A stretch of 64,000 bases of DNA from contig CAXXQE010000001.1 in NCBI GenBank assembly GCA_963665615.2, positions 62,001 to 126,000 of the forward strand, read 5' to 3'. A model generated the notes under the pieces. The model made no database searches and was not told the origin of the DNA. It saw nothing but the letters and a program-made list of their open reading frames with translations. The DNA comes from Syntrophales bacterium. GTDB taxonomy: Bacteria; Desulfobacterota; Syntrophia; Syntrophales; UBA4778. The translations under genes were made by a program, and so were the position numbers. Of this stretch, positions 43,111 through 53,055 are shown piece by piece; the stretch's first letter is position 1; each line of letters opens with the position of its first letter.

Positions 43111-43932
43111 ATGACCAGACGAACCGTTTTCTATATCTCAGACCGGACAGCCATAACCGCCGAGACTATCGGCCACAGTCTGGTGACTCAGTTCGAGCAC
43201 GTCCAGTTCGAGCACATCACGCTGCCCTTCATCGATACGGTCGAAAAGGCCAAGGCGGCCGTCGATAAGATTAACCATACAGCGGAGCGCGGCAACCGGC
43301 CGATCATCTTCAGCACCCTGATCGACCCCGACATCCGCCAGGAGATCATCAACAGCAAAGGTTTTTTCCTCGATTTTTTCCACTCCTTTATCGAGATCCT
43401 TGAAGAGGAGTTTCATACGGAGTCAGCGCACGCCGTCGGGAAATACCACGGCCTGGTCAACAACAGCGCCTATCAGACGCGTATGGACGCGGTTAATTAC
43501 GCCTTGGTCAACGACGATGGCGCGACCACAAAGGATTATAACCGGGCGGATGTTATCCTGATCGGCGTTTCCCGGACAGGTAAGACGCCGACCTGTCTCT
43601 ATTTGGCGCTTCAGTACGGCCTGTATGCAGCGAATTATCCCTTGACCGAGGATGATCCGTCTGGACAGCTCTTCAAGAAGCCGGCCTTTGTTTCTACCTA
43701 CTATCAGAAACTCTATGGTTTGACGATCGATCCGGAGCGTCTCCAGGCTATCCGGACAGAGCGTCGGCCAGGCACCGCCTACTCCTCGCTAAAGCAGTGC
43801 CAGTTTGAGATTGCCAAAACGGAATCGCTCTTTCTCAGTGCGGGAATTCCTTACTTGAATACCACAACCATGTCGATTGAGGAAATCGCTGCGACCATCG
43901 TACATGAGAAGAATTTGCCGCGCCGGGTATAA
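43111..43932 (+). CDS. ppsR: PEP synthase regulatory protein (kinase/pyrophosphorylase, DUF299)
   Basis: ISDRTAITAET, GVSRTGKTPTCLYLA and SIEEIA motifs. Confidence 0.92.
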   Translation: MTRRTVFYISDRTAITAETIGHSLVTQFEHVQFEHITLPFIDTVEKAKAAVDKINHTAERGNRPIIFSTLIDPDIRQEIINSKGFFLDFFHSFIEILEEEFHTESAHAVGKYHGLVNNSAYQTRMDAVNYALVNDDGATTKDYNRADVILIGVSRTGKTPTCLYLALQYGLYAANYPLTEDDPSGQLFKKPAFVSTYYQKLYGLTIDPERLQAIRTERRPGTAYSSLKQCQFEIAKTESLFLSAGIPYLNTTTMSIEEIAATIVHEKNLPRRV

Positions 43933-43941
43933 AATGGACCT

Positions 43942-45147
43942 TCAGCCTTCTTCGACCATGTCTTCATCTGTTGCCTCTTCAACCGAGACTTTCTCCTGAC
44001 CGGGCAGCAGATGTCCGGGCGTGAAGACCAGGCCGGCCACGAGCGCGGGCAGAACAGCGCTGGCGATGACGGCCGCCATCAGATAGGCATACTGCTCCTT
44101 TGTTATGAGGGCGTGCGTCAGACCATAGAGCGCCGCAATGATTCCGAAAGTGAGTCCCGTGGACATCAGCAGCGTGTAATACCAGCGTTCTCTGCGATTC
44201 CGCCGGAAGAGCGCCACCACGGGGAAAACGCCGATGATTTTCGTGACCATTTTTCCTGTTAGCAGAAGCGAGATTGTTAAGGGCGCCGCCGCGATGGCGC
44301 TAATGGAAACCAACGTACCCGCCCGGAGAAAGTAGAAAGGCGTGAGAAAACCCACTGTCAGGGTGCGAAGCCGCCGGACCCAGTGTGCATCGCGTCCCGC
44401 CGTTCCCGCCAGTGTAATCCCGGCCAGATAGGCGGGCAATACCGCCTCGCTTCCAGCCCAGAGCGAAAGCGCCCCCAGACTGAAGAGAACCAGTAGAACC
44501 CACTTGGTGCGGATTGCCGCAGTCCGAAAGGCGTAGCGTCGTGTTAACGCGCCGGTCAGATGGGGCAGGCACCACAGCGCGACCGCCGTTGCAGCGATGA
44601 AGCAGAGGGTTTTATAAGTGAAAGGTGCGAAGAGCAGGCTCAGAACGAGGACGGATGAAAAGTCATTGATGAAGCTGGCCCCCAAGATGCCTTTGCCGAA
44701 GGCCGTACGATTCAGGCCAGTGTCCAGCAGAACGGAATAGATAACCGCCAGCGACGTCGTCGCGAGAACAATGCCCGCCAACCAGCTCGCACGCATGTCC
44801 CAACCGAGGCCGTAATAAGCCAGGGACGTGCAACCCAGGAAGGGGGCCAGGAAGCCGGCCACCCCTATGATGGAAACCTCTCGGAGTTTTGTCCGAATGA
44901 TCCCCGGATCGAGTTCCGCGCCCGCAAGAAAAGTCAGGAGAACCGCTCCGGATCCTGCCAGGTATTTGAGCCAGTCCAGATTTTCACCAAGCAAATCAGG
45001 CCGTCCCAGGTGGGTTGCAACAGCCGCTACGGCCATGCCGACGCAGATCTCGATAATGGCGATCGATAAACGCAGGTGATAGGCGATGGCTGCGGCAATA
45101 ACGGCCATTGCAAGCCAGAGAGAGACAACGGTAAAAAAATACTCCAT
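43942..45147 (-). CDS. Cation:proton antiporter (CPA family)
   Basis: About 12 TMs; FLAGAELD, TTSLAV and FINDF motifs. Confidence 0.88.
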   Translation of the reverse strand: MEYFFTVVSLWLAMAVIAAAIAYHLRLSIAIIEICVGMAVAAVATHLGRPDLLGENLDWLKYLAGSGAVLLTFLAGAELDPGIIRTKLREVSIIGVAGFLAPFLGCTSLAYYGLGWDMRASWLAGIVLATTSLAVIYSVLLDTGLNRTAFGKGILGASFINDFSSVLVLSLLFAPFTYKTLCFIAATAVALWCLPHLTGALTRRYAFRTAAIRTKWVLLVLFSLGALSLWAGSEAVLPAYLAGITLAGTAGRDAHWVRRLRTLTVGFLTPFYFLRAGTLVSISAIAAAPLTISLLLTGKMVTKIIGVFPVVALFRRNRRERWYYTLLMSTGLTFGIIAALYGLTHALITKEQYAYLMAAVIASAVLPALVAGLVFTPGHLLPGQEKVSVEEATDEDMVEEG

Positions 45148-45183
45148 AAGACAAAAAATCCTTTGTTGTAGTCGAGCGGGACA

Positions 45184-45207
45184 TAAAAAAACCGCCTTGC
45201 GGCGGTT
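45184..45207 (-). terminator. Intrinsic terminator of the riboswitch expression platform
   Basis: Minus strand AACCGCC-GCAA-GGCGGTTTTTTT between the aptamer and the start codon. Confidence 0.8.
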
Positions 45208-45245
45208 GCAGATGCACCCTTGCCGCGCGCAATAAATACTGCCGG

Positions 45246-45296
45246 GCAGGAGTCATCAGCCCTTGACGGGCGGTTACAGGGGAACTCCATCCCCAT
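45246..45296 (-). promoter_or_regulatory. Fluoride riboswitch (crcB motif)
   Basis: GGGGAUGGAGUUCCCC-UGUAACC-GCCC-GUCAA-GGGC-UGAUGACUCCUGC, including the GGAGU/ACUCC pseudoknot. Confidence 0.92.
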
Positions 45297-45359
45297 GAAA
45301 TTGTAGAGGGCAGCATTCATAGCGTGATGTGTTAAAAAAGGCAAGACGAATTGTCATGG

Positions 45360-45446
45360 TGAATTCTTTAGCGCTCGCATTCCCCGCTGCTTGCGGCGGG
45401 GTAAGCCAGCGAATCAGAGAAAAGCAGCTACCTTGGGAATCTTCAA
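45360..45446 (-). repeat. Intergenic repeat family A, copy 2 (inverted)
   Basis: TAGCGCTCGCATTCCCCGCTGCTTGCGGCGGGGTAAGCCAGCGAATC. Confidence 0.75.
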
Positions 45447-45460
45447 TATGCCGTGATCTA

Positions 45461-48379
45461 TTATTTATCTAACTCCTCTCTGACGACGAGCCCCAGTTTT
45501 TCAATGACATAGGGCTTTTTAACATAGGCGCCCGCCCCCAGTGTCTGAGCGTCCCGCACTCGATCCGACTCTGAAAAACCGCTCACAATAATCGCCTTCT
45601 GTTTTGGACTCATTTCAAGGACACGCCGGTAGGTGTCCAACCCATCTATGCCAGGTTCCATGATCATGTCCAGAATCATCAGGTCAACGGAATGCTCCTT
45701 CAGGTACACAATGGCTTCCTCACCACTGGGAACACTTGATACGTTGTAATTCAGTATCCTGAGCATACCGACTGCCAGATCGCGCTGCTCTTTAACATCA
45801 TCCACGACCAGCACGGATTCGCCTCTGCCCATATATTCGGACATGGCGATGGCTGTAACTGGAGAGTCGATGTTCTGCCTCACCACTGGAAAATACAGCG
45901 TAAAGGTACTTCCTCGCCCTTCTTCACTCTGAACGTTAATGTATCCATAATGATCCTTCACCGTGCCCCAGACAACAGCCAGCCCCAATCCTGTTCCGCT
46001 TCGGCCCATGACCTTTTTGGTATAGAACGGCTCAAAGATGCGCTTGAGATCGGCCGCTGTTATGCCGCCACCGGTATCTGAGACAGAGAGAACCACGTAC
46101 TCTCCTCCCCGGACTTCGTCATATCCCTGGATGGGCTTATCCAGATACTGATTGGCCGTCCTGATGGTCAGGTCGCCACCTTTCGGCATGGCCTCACACG
46201 CGTTTGAGATCAAGTTGTATAGCGTTTTGTGGAGATGGACGGATGAGCCGGAAATATTCAACAACGCCGGCTCAAGATCTGTCTTGATCTTGACATCGGG
46301 ATGGAAGGAACGCAGCTTCTCCAACTCCGGCGATTGCTGCATATCGGTGATGACATGATTCAGGTTCAGGACTTGCCTGCTCGAACCCACCCCCCGTCTG
46401 GCCAGGGTCAGCAAATCATCGACAATCGCGGCGGCCTTCTGGCCACCCTTCATAATATTTTCGAGCGGGGCTTTAATCTGGTCCGTCGCCGCCCCGCTCT
46501 TCAACAGCAGTTCCGCAAAGCCGACGATAATGCCCAGCACGTTGTTGAGATCATGGGCAACACCCCCCGCCAAGGTACCAAGCGCCTCCATTTTTTCCGC
46601 CCGATTCAGTCGTGCTTCCAGGTTACGCTTTTCGTCCTCAGCCTGCTTGCGTTCGGTGATGTCGCGATCAATGCCTCGATACCCCAATAAATGTCCATTT
46701 TCATCCACGACGGGTGCGCCGCTGGTTTCGAGAAAAACCGTCCGCCCATCTTTATGAAGGTTCATATATTCAAAAGCGATAATAGGTTTCTGTTCCTCAA
46801 AACACGGAGAGATTATAGCCGTTACTCGCCCAGCCTCAGCGGGCATCATTAATTCCGATGGGCGCTTGCCGATGATTTCCGATGGTTCATATCCCAGGAT
46901 ATCCTTCACTTTTGGACTTGCATACGTGTATACCGCTTGCGCATCTGTTTCCCAGAGCCAATCGCTCGTCGTCTCGACCAGTGAGCGGAAACGCTCTTCA
47001 CTGGCACGTAACAACTTTTCCACCCGCTTGCGCTCGGTGATGTTCACGTTCGTACCTTCAAAATACAGAATGTCACCGGCCGCACTGCAAACGGTGTGGA
47101 TGTTAATGGATATCCAGAATCTGCTGCCGTCCTTGTGATAAACTTCTACCTCGTATCCTTCCACTTTATTGTGTTCGCGAAGCAAACGCACCATTTCGTC
47201 CCGATCCTGCGGGTTCACATAGAGTTGCTGACCGATATTCGTGGCGTAGTCGATCATTTCCTGAGGGGATGCGAAACCGAACATTCTCGCGAAAGCCGGA
47301 TTCATACTGAGGTAGCGGCCCTCAGGGGTCGTCTGGAAGATCCCCTCTGTGGCGCCTTCAAAAATTTCCCGGTACTTCTCCTCGCTTGCCTTGAGCGCCT
47401 CCTCGATGCGCCGGCGTTTTTTTGCTTCCCCAATGACAAACCGGGCCTTCAACCCGTAGTAAGCAAGCAACCCTCCGCTCAGTAGCAGAACGGCCATCAC
47501 CGCGAGGAGCTTGTTCCGAAATCCTTCCAGAGAGGCGATAATTTCATCTTCAGAAGAGGCGACGACGATAGACCAGAAGGTATTTCCGATGTTGATGGGC
47601 ATGTAAACGGCATATTTTCTGACGGTCTCAATATGGTTTCCCCGGATCATGTTATAGGTGTAAGTGGTTAAGCCCCGGTGCCCTTTGAGCATATCCCTGG
47701 CCATGACCAGGATGGTAGGAAAATCCTGACAGTTCTTAAAGACAGAATGACCGGTGTGCCCGGGAACGGGACAGTAAAGTTCCGTCCCGTCCCGGCTGAC
47801 CACCCAGGCATAGCCGGTATCCCCGATCTTTATGTCTTCGAGGTACCGCTTTGCCAGTGCATGAAAATTGACAACGATACCTATTGTGCCCTGGTAGATA
47901 CTGTTCCTGAAAACCGGCACGTGGATGGCAACGGCGTCATACCCCTGTATCGTTGAGAATACATTACTGACGACTGGTTTATGGGTATGCATTATTTCAC
48001 GGATATGGTCCTGGCGAGAAATATCCCTTCCGATGACATTGCGATTAAAAGGAAACGTGTAAGCGATCTTTCCTTCCGCATTCACACGCGTGATGGCTCT
48101 GATCCAGTCCTTATTGGCTCTGTACGATAGAACGATTTCCTGTTTGCCCACATCGTCCATGTTGATGACATGGTCGGACTCAGACATGGCGATCAGGATG
48201 CTCGTCCAGCTGTTGAAAATGTCTTCTATCCCCCGTGCGGCTTGCCTTGCTGAGAGCAACTGTTCGTTGTTTTTGCTCTTTATGGCTTCCAGTTTGGCCT
48301 GGTTATAGAAAGAGTTGAAGAGAAAAAAACAAATGCCAAACATAACGGCAAAAAAAAGAATGATGTATCGATGTTTCAT
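45461..48379 (-). CDS. Hybrid sensor kinase (Cache - 2x PAS - HK - REC)
   Basis: TM-periplasmic-TM, PAS repeats, GVAHDLNN, GTGLGL and a C-terminal receiver domain. Confidence 0.93.
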   Translation of the reverse strand: MKHRYIILFFAVMFGICFFLFNSFYNQAKLEAIKSKNNEQLLSARQAARGIEDIFNSWTSILIAMSESDHVINMDDVGKQEIVLSYRANKDWIRAITRVNAEGKIAYTFPFNRNVIGRDISRQDHIREIMHTHKPVVSNVFSTIQGYDAVAIHVPVFRNSIYQGTIGIVVNFHALAKRYLEDIKIGDTGYAWVVSRDGTELYCPVPGHTGHSVFKNCQDFPTILVMARDMLKGHRGLTTYTYNMIRGNHIETVRKYAVYMPINIGNTFWSIVVASSEDEIIASLEGFRNKLLAVMAVLLLSGGLLAYYGLKARFVIGEAKKRRRIEEALKASEEKYREIFEGATEGIFQTTPEGRYLSMNPAFARMFGFASPQEMIDYATNIGQQLYVNPQDRDEMVRLLREHNKVEGYEVEVYHKDGSRFWISINIHTVCSAAGDILYFEGTNVNITERKRVEKLLRASEERFRSLVETTSDWLWETDAQAVYTYASPKVKDILGYEPSEIIGKRPSELMMPAEAGRVTAIISPCFEEQKPIIAFEYMNLHKDGRTVFLETSGAPVVDENGHLLGYRGIDRDITERKQAEDEKRNLEARLNRAEKMEALGTLAGGVAHDLNNVLGIIVGFAELLLKSGAATDQIKAPLENIMKGGQKAAAIVDDLLTLARRGVGSSRQVLNLNHVITDMQQSPELEKLRSFHPDVKIKTDLEPALLNISGSSVHLHKTLYNLISNACEAMPKGGDLTIRTANQYLDKPIQGYDEVRGGEYVVLSVSDTGGGITAADLKRIFEPFYTKKVMGRSGTGLGLAVVWGTVKDHYGYINVQSEEGRGSTFTLYFPVVRQNIDSPVTAIAMSEYMGRGESVLVVDDVKEQRDLAVGMLRILNYNVSSVPSGEEAIVYLKEHSVDLMILDMIMEPGIDGLDTYRRVLEMSPKQKAIIVSGFSESDRVRDAQTLGAGAYVKKPYVIEKLGLVVREELDK

Positions 48380-48524
48380 TTTCAGCCTCTACGGGATGGC
48401 CCTAAACTTAAATACATGTCTGTTATTTAGACAAGAAACGATCCCTGCATCCATAAAAAATCTTAGCATCGATTTTACTTTCAATCCCACCTATTTGTGT
48501 TGAGTAGACCTTTTTTTCGCCATA

Positions 48525-48670
48525 GGAGACTCACCGGAGCGAGCTCTGGCGAATTTTCGATCCCCAAAGGAGATGTTTCATTATGATTCGCTTGCTTGCC
48601 CGCAGCCTGTCTGTGCGTGACCGCACGCAAACAGGCAAGCTGCAAGCAATGCGCTCGCTACCCTATTCAA
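48525..48670 (+). repeat. Intergenic repeat family A, copy 3 (with inserted hairpin)
   Basis: GATTCGCTTGCTTGCCCGCAG[CCTGTCTGTGCG...CGCAAACAGG]CAAGCTGC...AATGCGCTCGCTA...TTCAA. Confidence 0.7.
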
Positions 48671-48812
48671 TCGGCTAATATTTTCTAATCTTTATCAATT
48701 AAAAAACTTCAACTTGCAATAGAGAACAGCGGGGAGAAAGAGACACGATTGACTTTAAGAAAGATCTCGACGATCAGCATGAACCAAAAATATATACCCG
48801 ATCAGAAGGTAT

Positions 48813-49595
48813 CTATTCCTCAACGATCGCAACGGGTCGGACCCAGCCGGCGCTGGCGCTTTTGATCTTGATGGGGAAGCAGCAAATGGTGAAGCCGAAG
48901 GGCTTTGGGATGGCGCCGAGGTTTGCCATCTTTTCCATGTGGCAGTAACCCTTTTCGATGCCCGCGAAATGGGCCTCCCAGATGACGCGGGGATCGCCTG
49001 TCTCCTGAAACTCCTTTGCGAGGTAGGGCAAGGGGCGGTCCCAGCTCCAGGCGTCGACGCCGACCACCTTTACGCCCTTGTCCAGTAAAAAGAGCGTGCT
49101 CTCCCGATTCATGCCCGCACCCTTGACGAGATACTGCGGCGTTCCCCACGCCGACTCCGCGCCGGTCCGGATCATTACGATGTCGAACGGCTTGATGGTA
49201 TAGCGGATGCGGTCCAGTTCCTTTTTCAGGTCGTCAACGGTAATGCGCTCTCCATCGGCCTTATGACGGAAATCCAGAACGACGCCGTCGCTGAAGCACC
49301 ATTCGAGCGGGATTTCGTCGATCCGAAGGGCGGGTTTCCCCTGGTCCATTTCGGGATGGTAATGATAGGGGGCGTCCAGATGGGTGCCGCTGTGGGTGGT
49401 CAGGGTCAGCGATTCGATCGCCCAGCCGAGTCCTTTTGGAAGCTGGTCTTTGCGGACGCCGGGGAAGAAGGTCTGCATCGAATCGGCCCCTTCTGCATGA
49501 TCCATGTATTGGATCGATGGGATCATGCTCGGCGGATCACTCGGCAGATTTGCCTCAAGGGCGATGCTGAGATCGATGAAACGCTTGCGGCCCAT
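48813..49595 (-). CDS. Cyclase/kynurenine formamidase-family metal hydrolase
   Basis: HSGTHLDAPYH motif. Confidence 0.9.
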   Translation of the reverse strand: MGRKRFIDLSIALEANLPSDPPSMIPSIQYMDHAEGADSMQTFFPGVRKDQLPKGLGWAIESLTLTTHSGTHLDAPYHYHPEMDQGKPALRIDEIPLEWCFSDGVVLDFRHKADGERITVDDLKKELDRIRYTIKPFDIVMIRTGAESAWGTPQYLVKGAGMNRESTLFLLDKGVKVVGVDAWSWDRPLPYLAKEFQETGDPRVIWEAHFAGIEKGYCHMEKMANLGAIPKPFGFTICCFPIKIKSASAGWVRPVAIVEE

Positions 49596-49669
49596 GTTCA
49601 GCTCCTTTCCGGTGCTTGGGCACTGTGGCTTTAGCCTGCTTGCCCCTGCAAATCGTTCCGAAGAGCCGG

Positions 49670-50497
49670 TTAAATGATGAACGGTTCCCCTGACGATCTG
49701 ACCGTAATCTCCGATATATTCACACCCCAGGGCTGGTTGATAATGTATATGATGTTGTCGACGATCGCCTCGGGATCGAGGTAATAGTACTCGATCTTCT
49801 CCCTGTCGGTCAGTTCGGGGCGGTTTTTCACCTCGGTCAGATAATCGATGGTGTCCTTGAGATTCTGACCCACGATGCCAATCTGTGCACGCCTGTTGAT
49901 GACGCTTCCGGTCAAACCGGTATCGGGGACGCCGGTCGGGCTGATGACGGAGACCTTGATTTTCCCTCTGGCCTCCTGCCGCAATGTTTCGGCGATATAC
50001 CTTTCGGCGATTTTCGTCGCCTGATAAACGCTGCCCCCCACCACGGGTTTATTGCCGTAAATCGAGGAAATGTTAATGATGTGCCCCTGGCCTTGCTCGA
50101 TCATTTGATCGTAAACGGCACTGATGCCGTAAACGACGCCTTTGATGTTGATATCTATGCACTGGTCCCAGGCCTGCCAGGCCTTCTTGTGATCAGAGAA
50201 GAATGATAAAGGCATGACGCCTGCGTTGTTGATCAACACATCGATGCGGCCATATTTTTTTATGGCGAATTGCGCCATCGCATCCATGTCATCCTTAACA
50301 ACGACATCGGCTTTTATATATGATGCCTCGAACCCGTTGGCTTTGATCCCTTCGGCAACTGTTTTTATATTCTCTTCGCGGCGCCCTGCACAGACAACCT
50401 TGGCGCCCATGGCTGCAGCCTTTTCGGATGTGAGTTTGCCAAATCCGCCTCCTGCTCCCGTTATAATGATGACCTTGTTCTCGATATAATTTTTCAT
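49670..50497 (-). CDS. SDR-family oxidoreductase
   Basis: TGAGGGFG, NNAG and YQATK motifs. Confidence 0.92.
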   Translation of the reverse strand: MKNYIENKVIIITGAGGGFGKLTSEKAAAMGAKVVCAGRREENIKTVAEGIKANGFEASYIKADVVVKDDMDAMAQFAIKKYGRIDVLINNAGVMPLSFFSDHKKAWQAWDQCIDINIKGVVYGISAVYDQMIEQGQGHIINISSIYGNKPVVGGSVYQATKIAERYIAETLRQEARGKIKVSVISPTGVPDTGLTGSVINRRAQIGIVGQNLKDTIDYLTEVKNRPELTDREKIEYYYLDPEAIVDNIIYIINQPWGVNISEITVRSSGEPFII

Positions 50498-50579
50498 CTC
50501 ACTTCCCCTTGCATGTTCTGAAATGTCAACTGGACTGGAAAGCAACGTTCAAGCGCGGCAACGCGGATGCGAAACCCGC

Positions 50580-51077
50580 TCAACCCTTTTTCGCTTTGGC
50601 GATGTGCTTCATGAGGCCGCCGTCGGCGATTAATTCCTGCATAAAGGGCGGAATCGGATTGGTTGAGATCGGATCGGCCTTGCGGTTCAGGATCGTGATG
50701 GTGCCGGCGTCGCCGTTCACCTCGATCTGGTCGCCGTTTTCGACTTTGTCCCACAGGTCCGCTGATTCGAAGATCGGCAGGCCCATGTTGAAGGCATTGC
50801 GATAGAAGATGCGTGCAAAGCTCTTCGCAACGACACAGGAGATATTCGCAGCCTTGATGCAGATGGGCGCATGTTCGCGCGACGAGCCGCAGCCGAAGTT
50901 TTCACTCGCCACGATGATGTCACCCGGCTTGATCTTTTTGACGAAATCCGGATCGGCATCCTCCATGCAGTGCGCCGCCAGCTGCGCGGGATCCGACGAG
51001 GTCAGATAGCGCGCCGGGATGATGGCGTCGGTGTCAATGTTGTCTCCGAATTTCCAGACGTGGCCTTTGAATTTCAT
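50580..51077 (-). CDS. leuD: 3-isopropylmalate dehydratase small subunit
   Basis: DNIDTDAIIP, NFGCGSSREHA and SFARIFYRN motifs. Confidence 0.95.
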   Translation of the reverse strand: MKFKGHVWKFGDNIDTDAIIPARYLTSSDPAQLAAHCMEDADPDFVKKIKPGDIIVASENFGCGSSREHAPICIKAANISCVVAKSFARIFYRNAFNMGLPIFESADLWDKVENGDQIEVNGDAGTITILNRKADPISTNPIPPFMQELIADGGLMKHIAKAKKG

Positions 51078-51092
51078 TTTTCTATCCTCTCT

Positions 51093-51214
51093 CAGGCTGT
51101 TGAAAAAGGCTCATCTGCTGCGTTGCGCTCCGGGCCGTGGTGCTCACGTATTATGTATACGCTCCGCGCCCCGGTCCTCGCGCGTCTTGCATCTAAACCT
51201 TTTTGAACAGCCTG
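51093..51214 (+). mobile_element. Miniature inverted-repeat element (family C), copy 2
   Basis: CAGGCTGTTGAAAAAGG...CCTTTTTGAACAGCCTG. Confidence 0.8.
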
Positions 51215-51313
51215 TAGAAAATTATTCTAAACAACAGTCAACCGGTGACCGTAAACTGGCAACCGTTTTTTCTTGTTTGTTACTCGTCACCTGTCACTTG
51301 TCACTGTTTACTC

Positions 51314-52585
51314 TTATAGTTCTTCCGGACTTCCGATCCTTCCCAATACCGCAGACGCCGCGGCGACAGCCGGGTTCGACAGATACACCTCGCTGCCGGG
51401 GTGCCCCATGCGGCCGACGAAGTTCCGGTTGGTCGTGGCGATGGCGCGTTCGCCCTTCGCCAGGATGCCCATGTGTCCGCCCAGGCAGGCGCCGCAACTC
51501 GGCGGGCTGATGATACCGTTGGCATCCATGAAGATCTTCATCAGACCTTCGTCCATCGCCTGCTTGTAGATCTCGGGGGTGGCCGGCGCAATGATCAGAC
51601 GAACAAAGGGCGCCGCCTTGCGACCCTTCAGAATGCCTGCAGCGACGCGCAGATCCTCGATGCGTCCGTTGGTGCAGGAACCGATCAGAGACTGGTCGAT
51701 AGCGATCGTATTGACTGCGCTCACCGGCTTGACGTTCGAGGGCAGGTGCGGACAGGCGACCTGCGGTTCGAGCGCGCCGACATCGATTTCGATGGTTTCG
51801 CAATACGTCGCGTCGGGGTCCGAGTTGTAATAGACCGGCTGCCGTTTGAAGCGCCCCTCGACATAGGCCCGTGTGATATCGTCCGGCGGGAAGATGCCGT
51901 TTTTGCCGCCCGCCTCGATGGCCATGTTGGCGATCGTGAAGCGGTCGCTCATGGTGAGGTCCGGGATCGTGTCGCCCGTGTATTCCATGGCCTTGTAAAG
52001 CGCGCCGTCCACACCGATTTTGCCGATCAGGGCGAGGATGATGTCCTTGCCGGAAACCCACTTGCCCATGCGGCCGCTCAGGACGAACTTGATCGTTTCG
52101 GGAACTTTGAACCACGCCTCCCCGCTCATCATGGCGGCGGCGAGGTCGGTGCTGCCGACGCCCGTGGCGAAGGCGCCCAAGGCGCCGTAGGTGCAGGTGT
52201 GGCTGTCCGCGCCGATGACCAGATCGCCGGGACCGACGATCCCCTTTTCCGGCAGGAGCGCATGTTCGACGCCGCATTCGCCGCCTTCGTAATAGTGCGT
52301 CAACTGCTGTTCCCGCGCGAACTCGCGGATGAACTTGCACTGCTCGGCGGCATCGATGTCCTTGTTCGGGGTGAAGTGGTCGGGGATCAGCACGACGCGG
52401 TCCTTGTCGAAGACCTTCTTGCCGCCGGCCTTGCGAAATTCCTTGATCGCGATCGGCGAGGTGATGTCGTTGCCGAGGGCGATATCCACCCGGGCGTTGA
52501 TCAGTTCTCCCGCGTGAACCTCCTTTAGCCCCGCGTGCGCTGCCAGGATTTTTTCAGTGATGGTCATGCTGCTCATTTTTGCCAC
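51314..52585 (-). CDS. leuC: 3-isopropylmalate dehydratase large subunit
   Basis: [21 protein letters not shown] and [10 protein letters not shown] motifs. Confidence 0.95.
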   Translation of the reverse strand: MAKMSSMTITEKILAAHAGLKEVHAGELINARVDIALGNDITSPIAIKEFRKAGGKKVFDKDRVVLIPDHFTPNKDIDAAEQCKFIREFAREQQLTHYYEGGECGVEHALLPEKGIVGPGDLVIGADSHTCTYGALGAFATGVGSTDLAAAMMSGEAWFKVPETIKFVLSGRMGKWVSGKDIILALIGKIGVDGALYKAMEYTGDTIPDLTMSDRFTIANMAIEAGGKNGIFPPDDITRAYVEGRFKRQPVYYNSDPDATYCETIEIDVGALEPQVACPHLPSNVKPVSAVNTIAIDQSLIGSCTNGRIEDLRVAAGILKGRKAAPFVRLIIAPATPEIYKQAMDEGLMKIFMDANGIISPPSCGACLGGHMGILAKGERAIATTNRNFVGRMGHPGSEVYLSNPAVAAASAVLGRIGSPEEL

Positions 52586-52740
52586 TCCGTTCTTTAATAA
52601 GGCCGATAAAAACAGCCCGAAGACTATTAGATCATCAGCGTTTTCGTCAAGATTTTAATTTTCAAATCTAAATATTCGTCTGACACCGCCAGACGCACCG
52701 TTAAATTCCCGCTAGCGAGTGGCTTGATACTTTTCGCCTT

Positions 52741-53008
52741 GTCACTCGTGATGGACGGGTAAAAAGTCGAATACGGCGTCACCGATTTGGCCCATATACA
52801 TTATGCAGGGCGGATTGCGCGACGGGGCTCGAACGCGAATTAAAGATTTTTCCGACCCCGCGGTATTGGCAATCCGAGCCCGAACATGACGGAAAAAGAT
52901 TTCTGAGCGGAAGAGAGCCGTCGCGCAATCCGCCCTTCCCATGGACCCGTTATGGATTCCCGCTTTCGCAGGAATGACAATGCAGAACCGATTTTACGGG
53001 ATCATCAA
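52741..53008 (-). mobile_element. Composite miniature inverted-repeat element (family B), copy 2
   Basis: Inverted homolog of 28712-28985. Contains a GGATTCCCGCTTTCGCAGGAATGAC hairpin. Confidence 0.7.
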
Positions 53009-53055
53009 TTTTTACTCGTCACCCGTGACGGCGGCGTTAGCCGCATTTTAATCCT

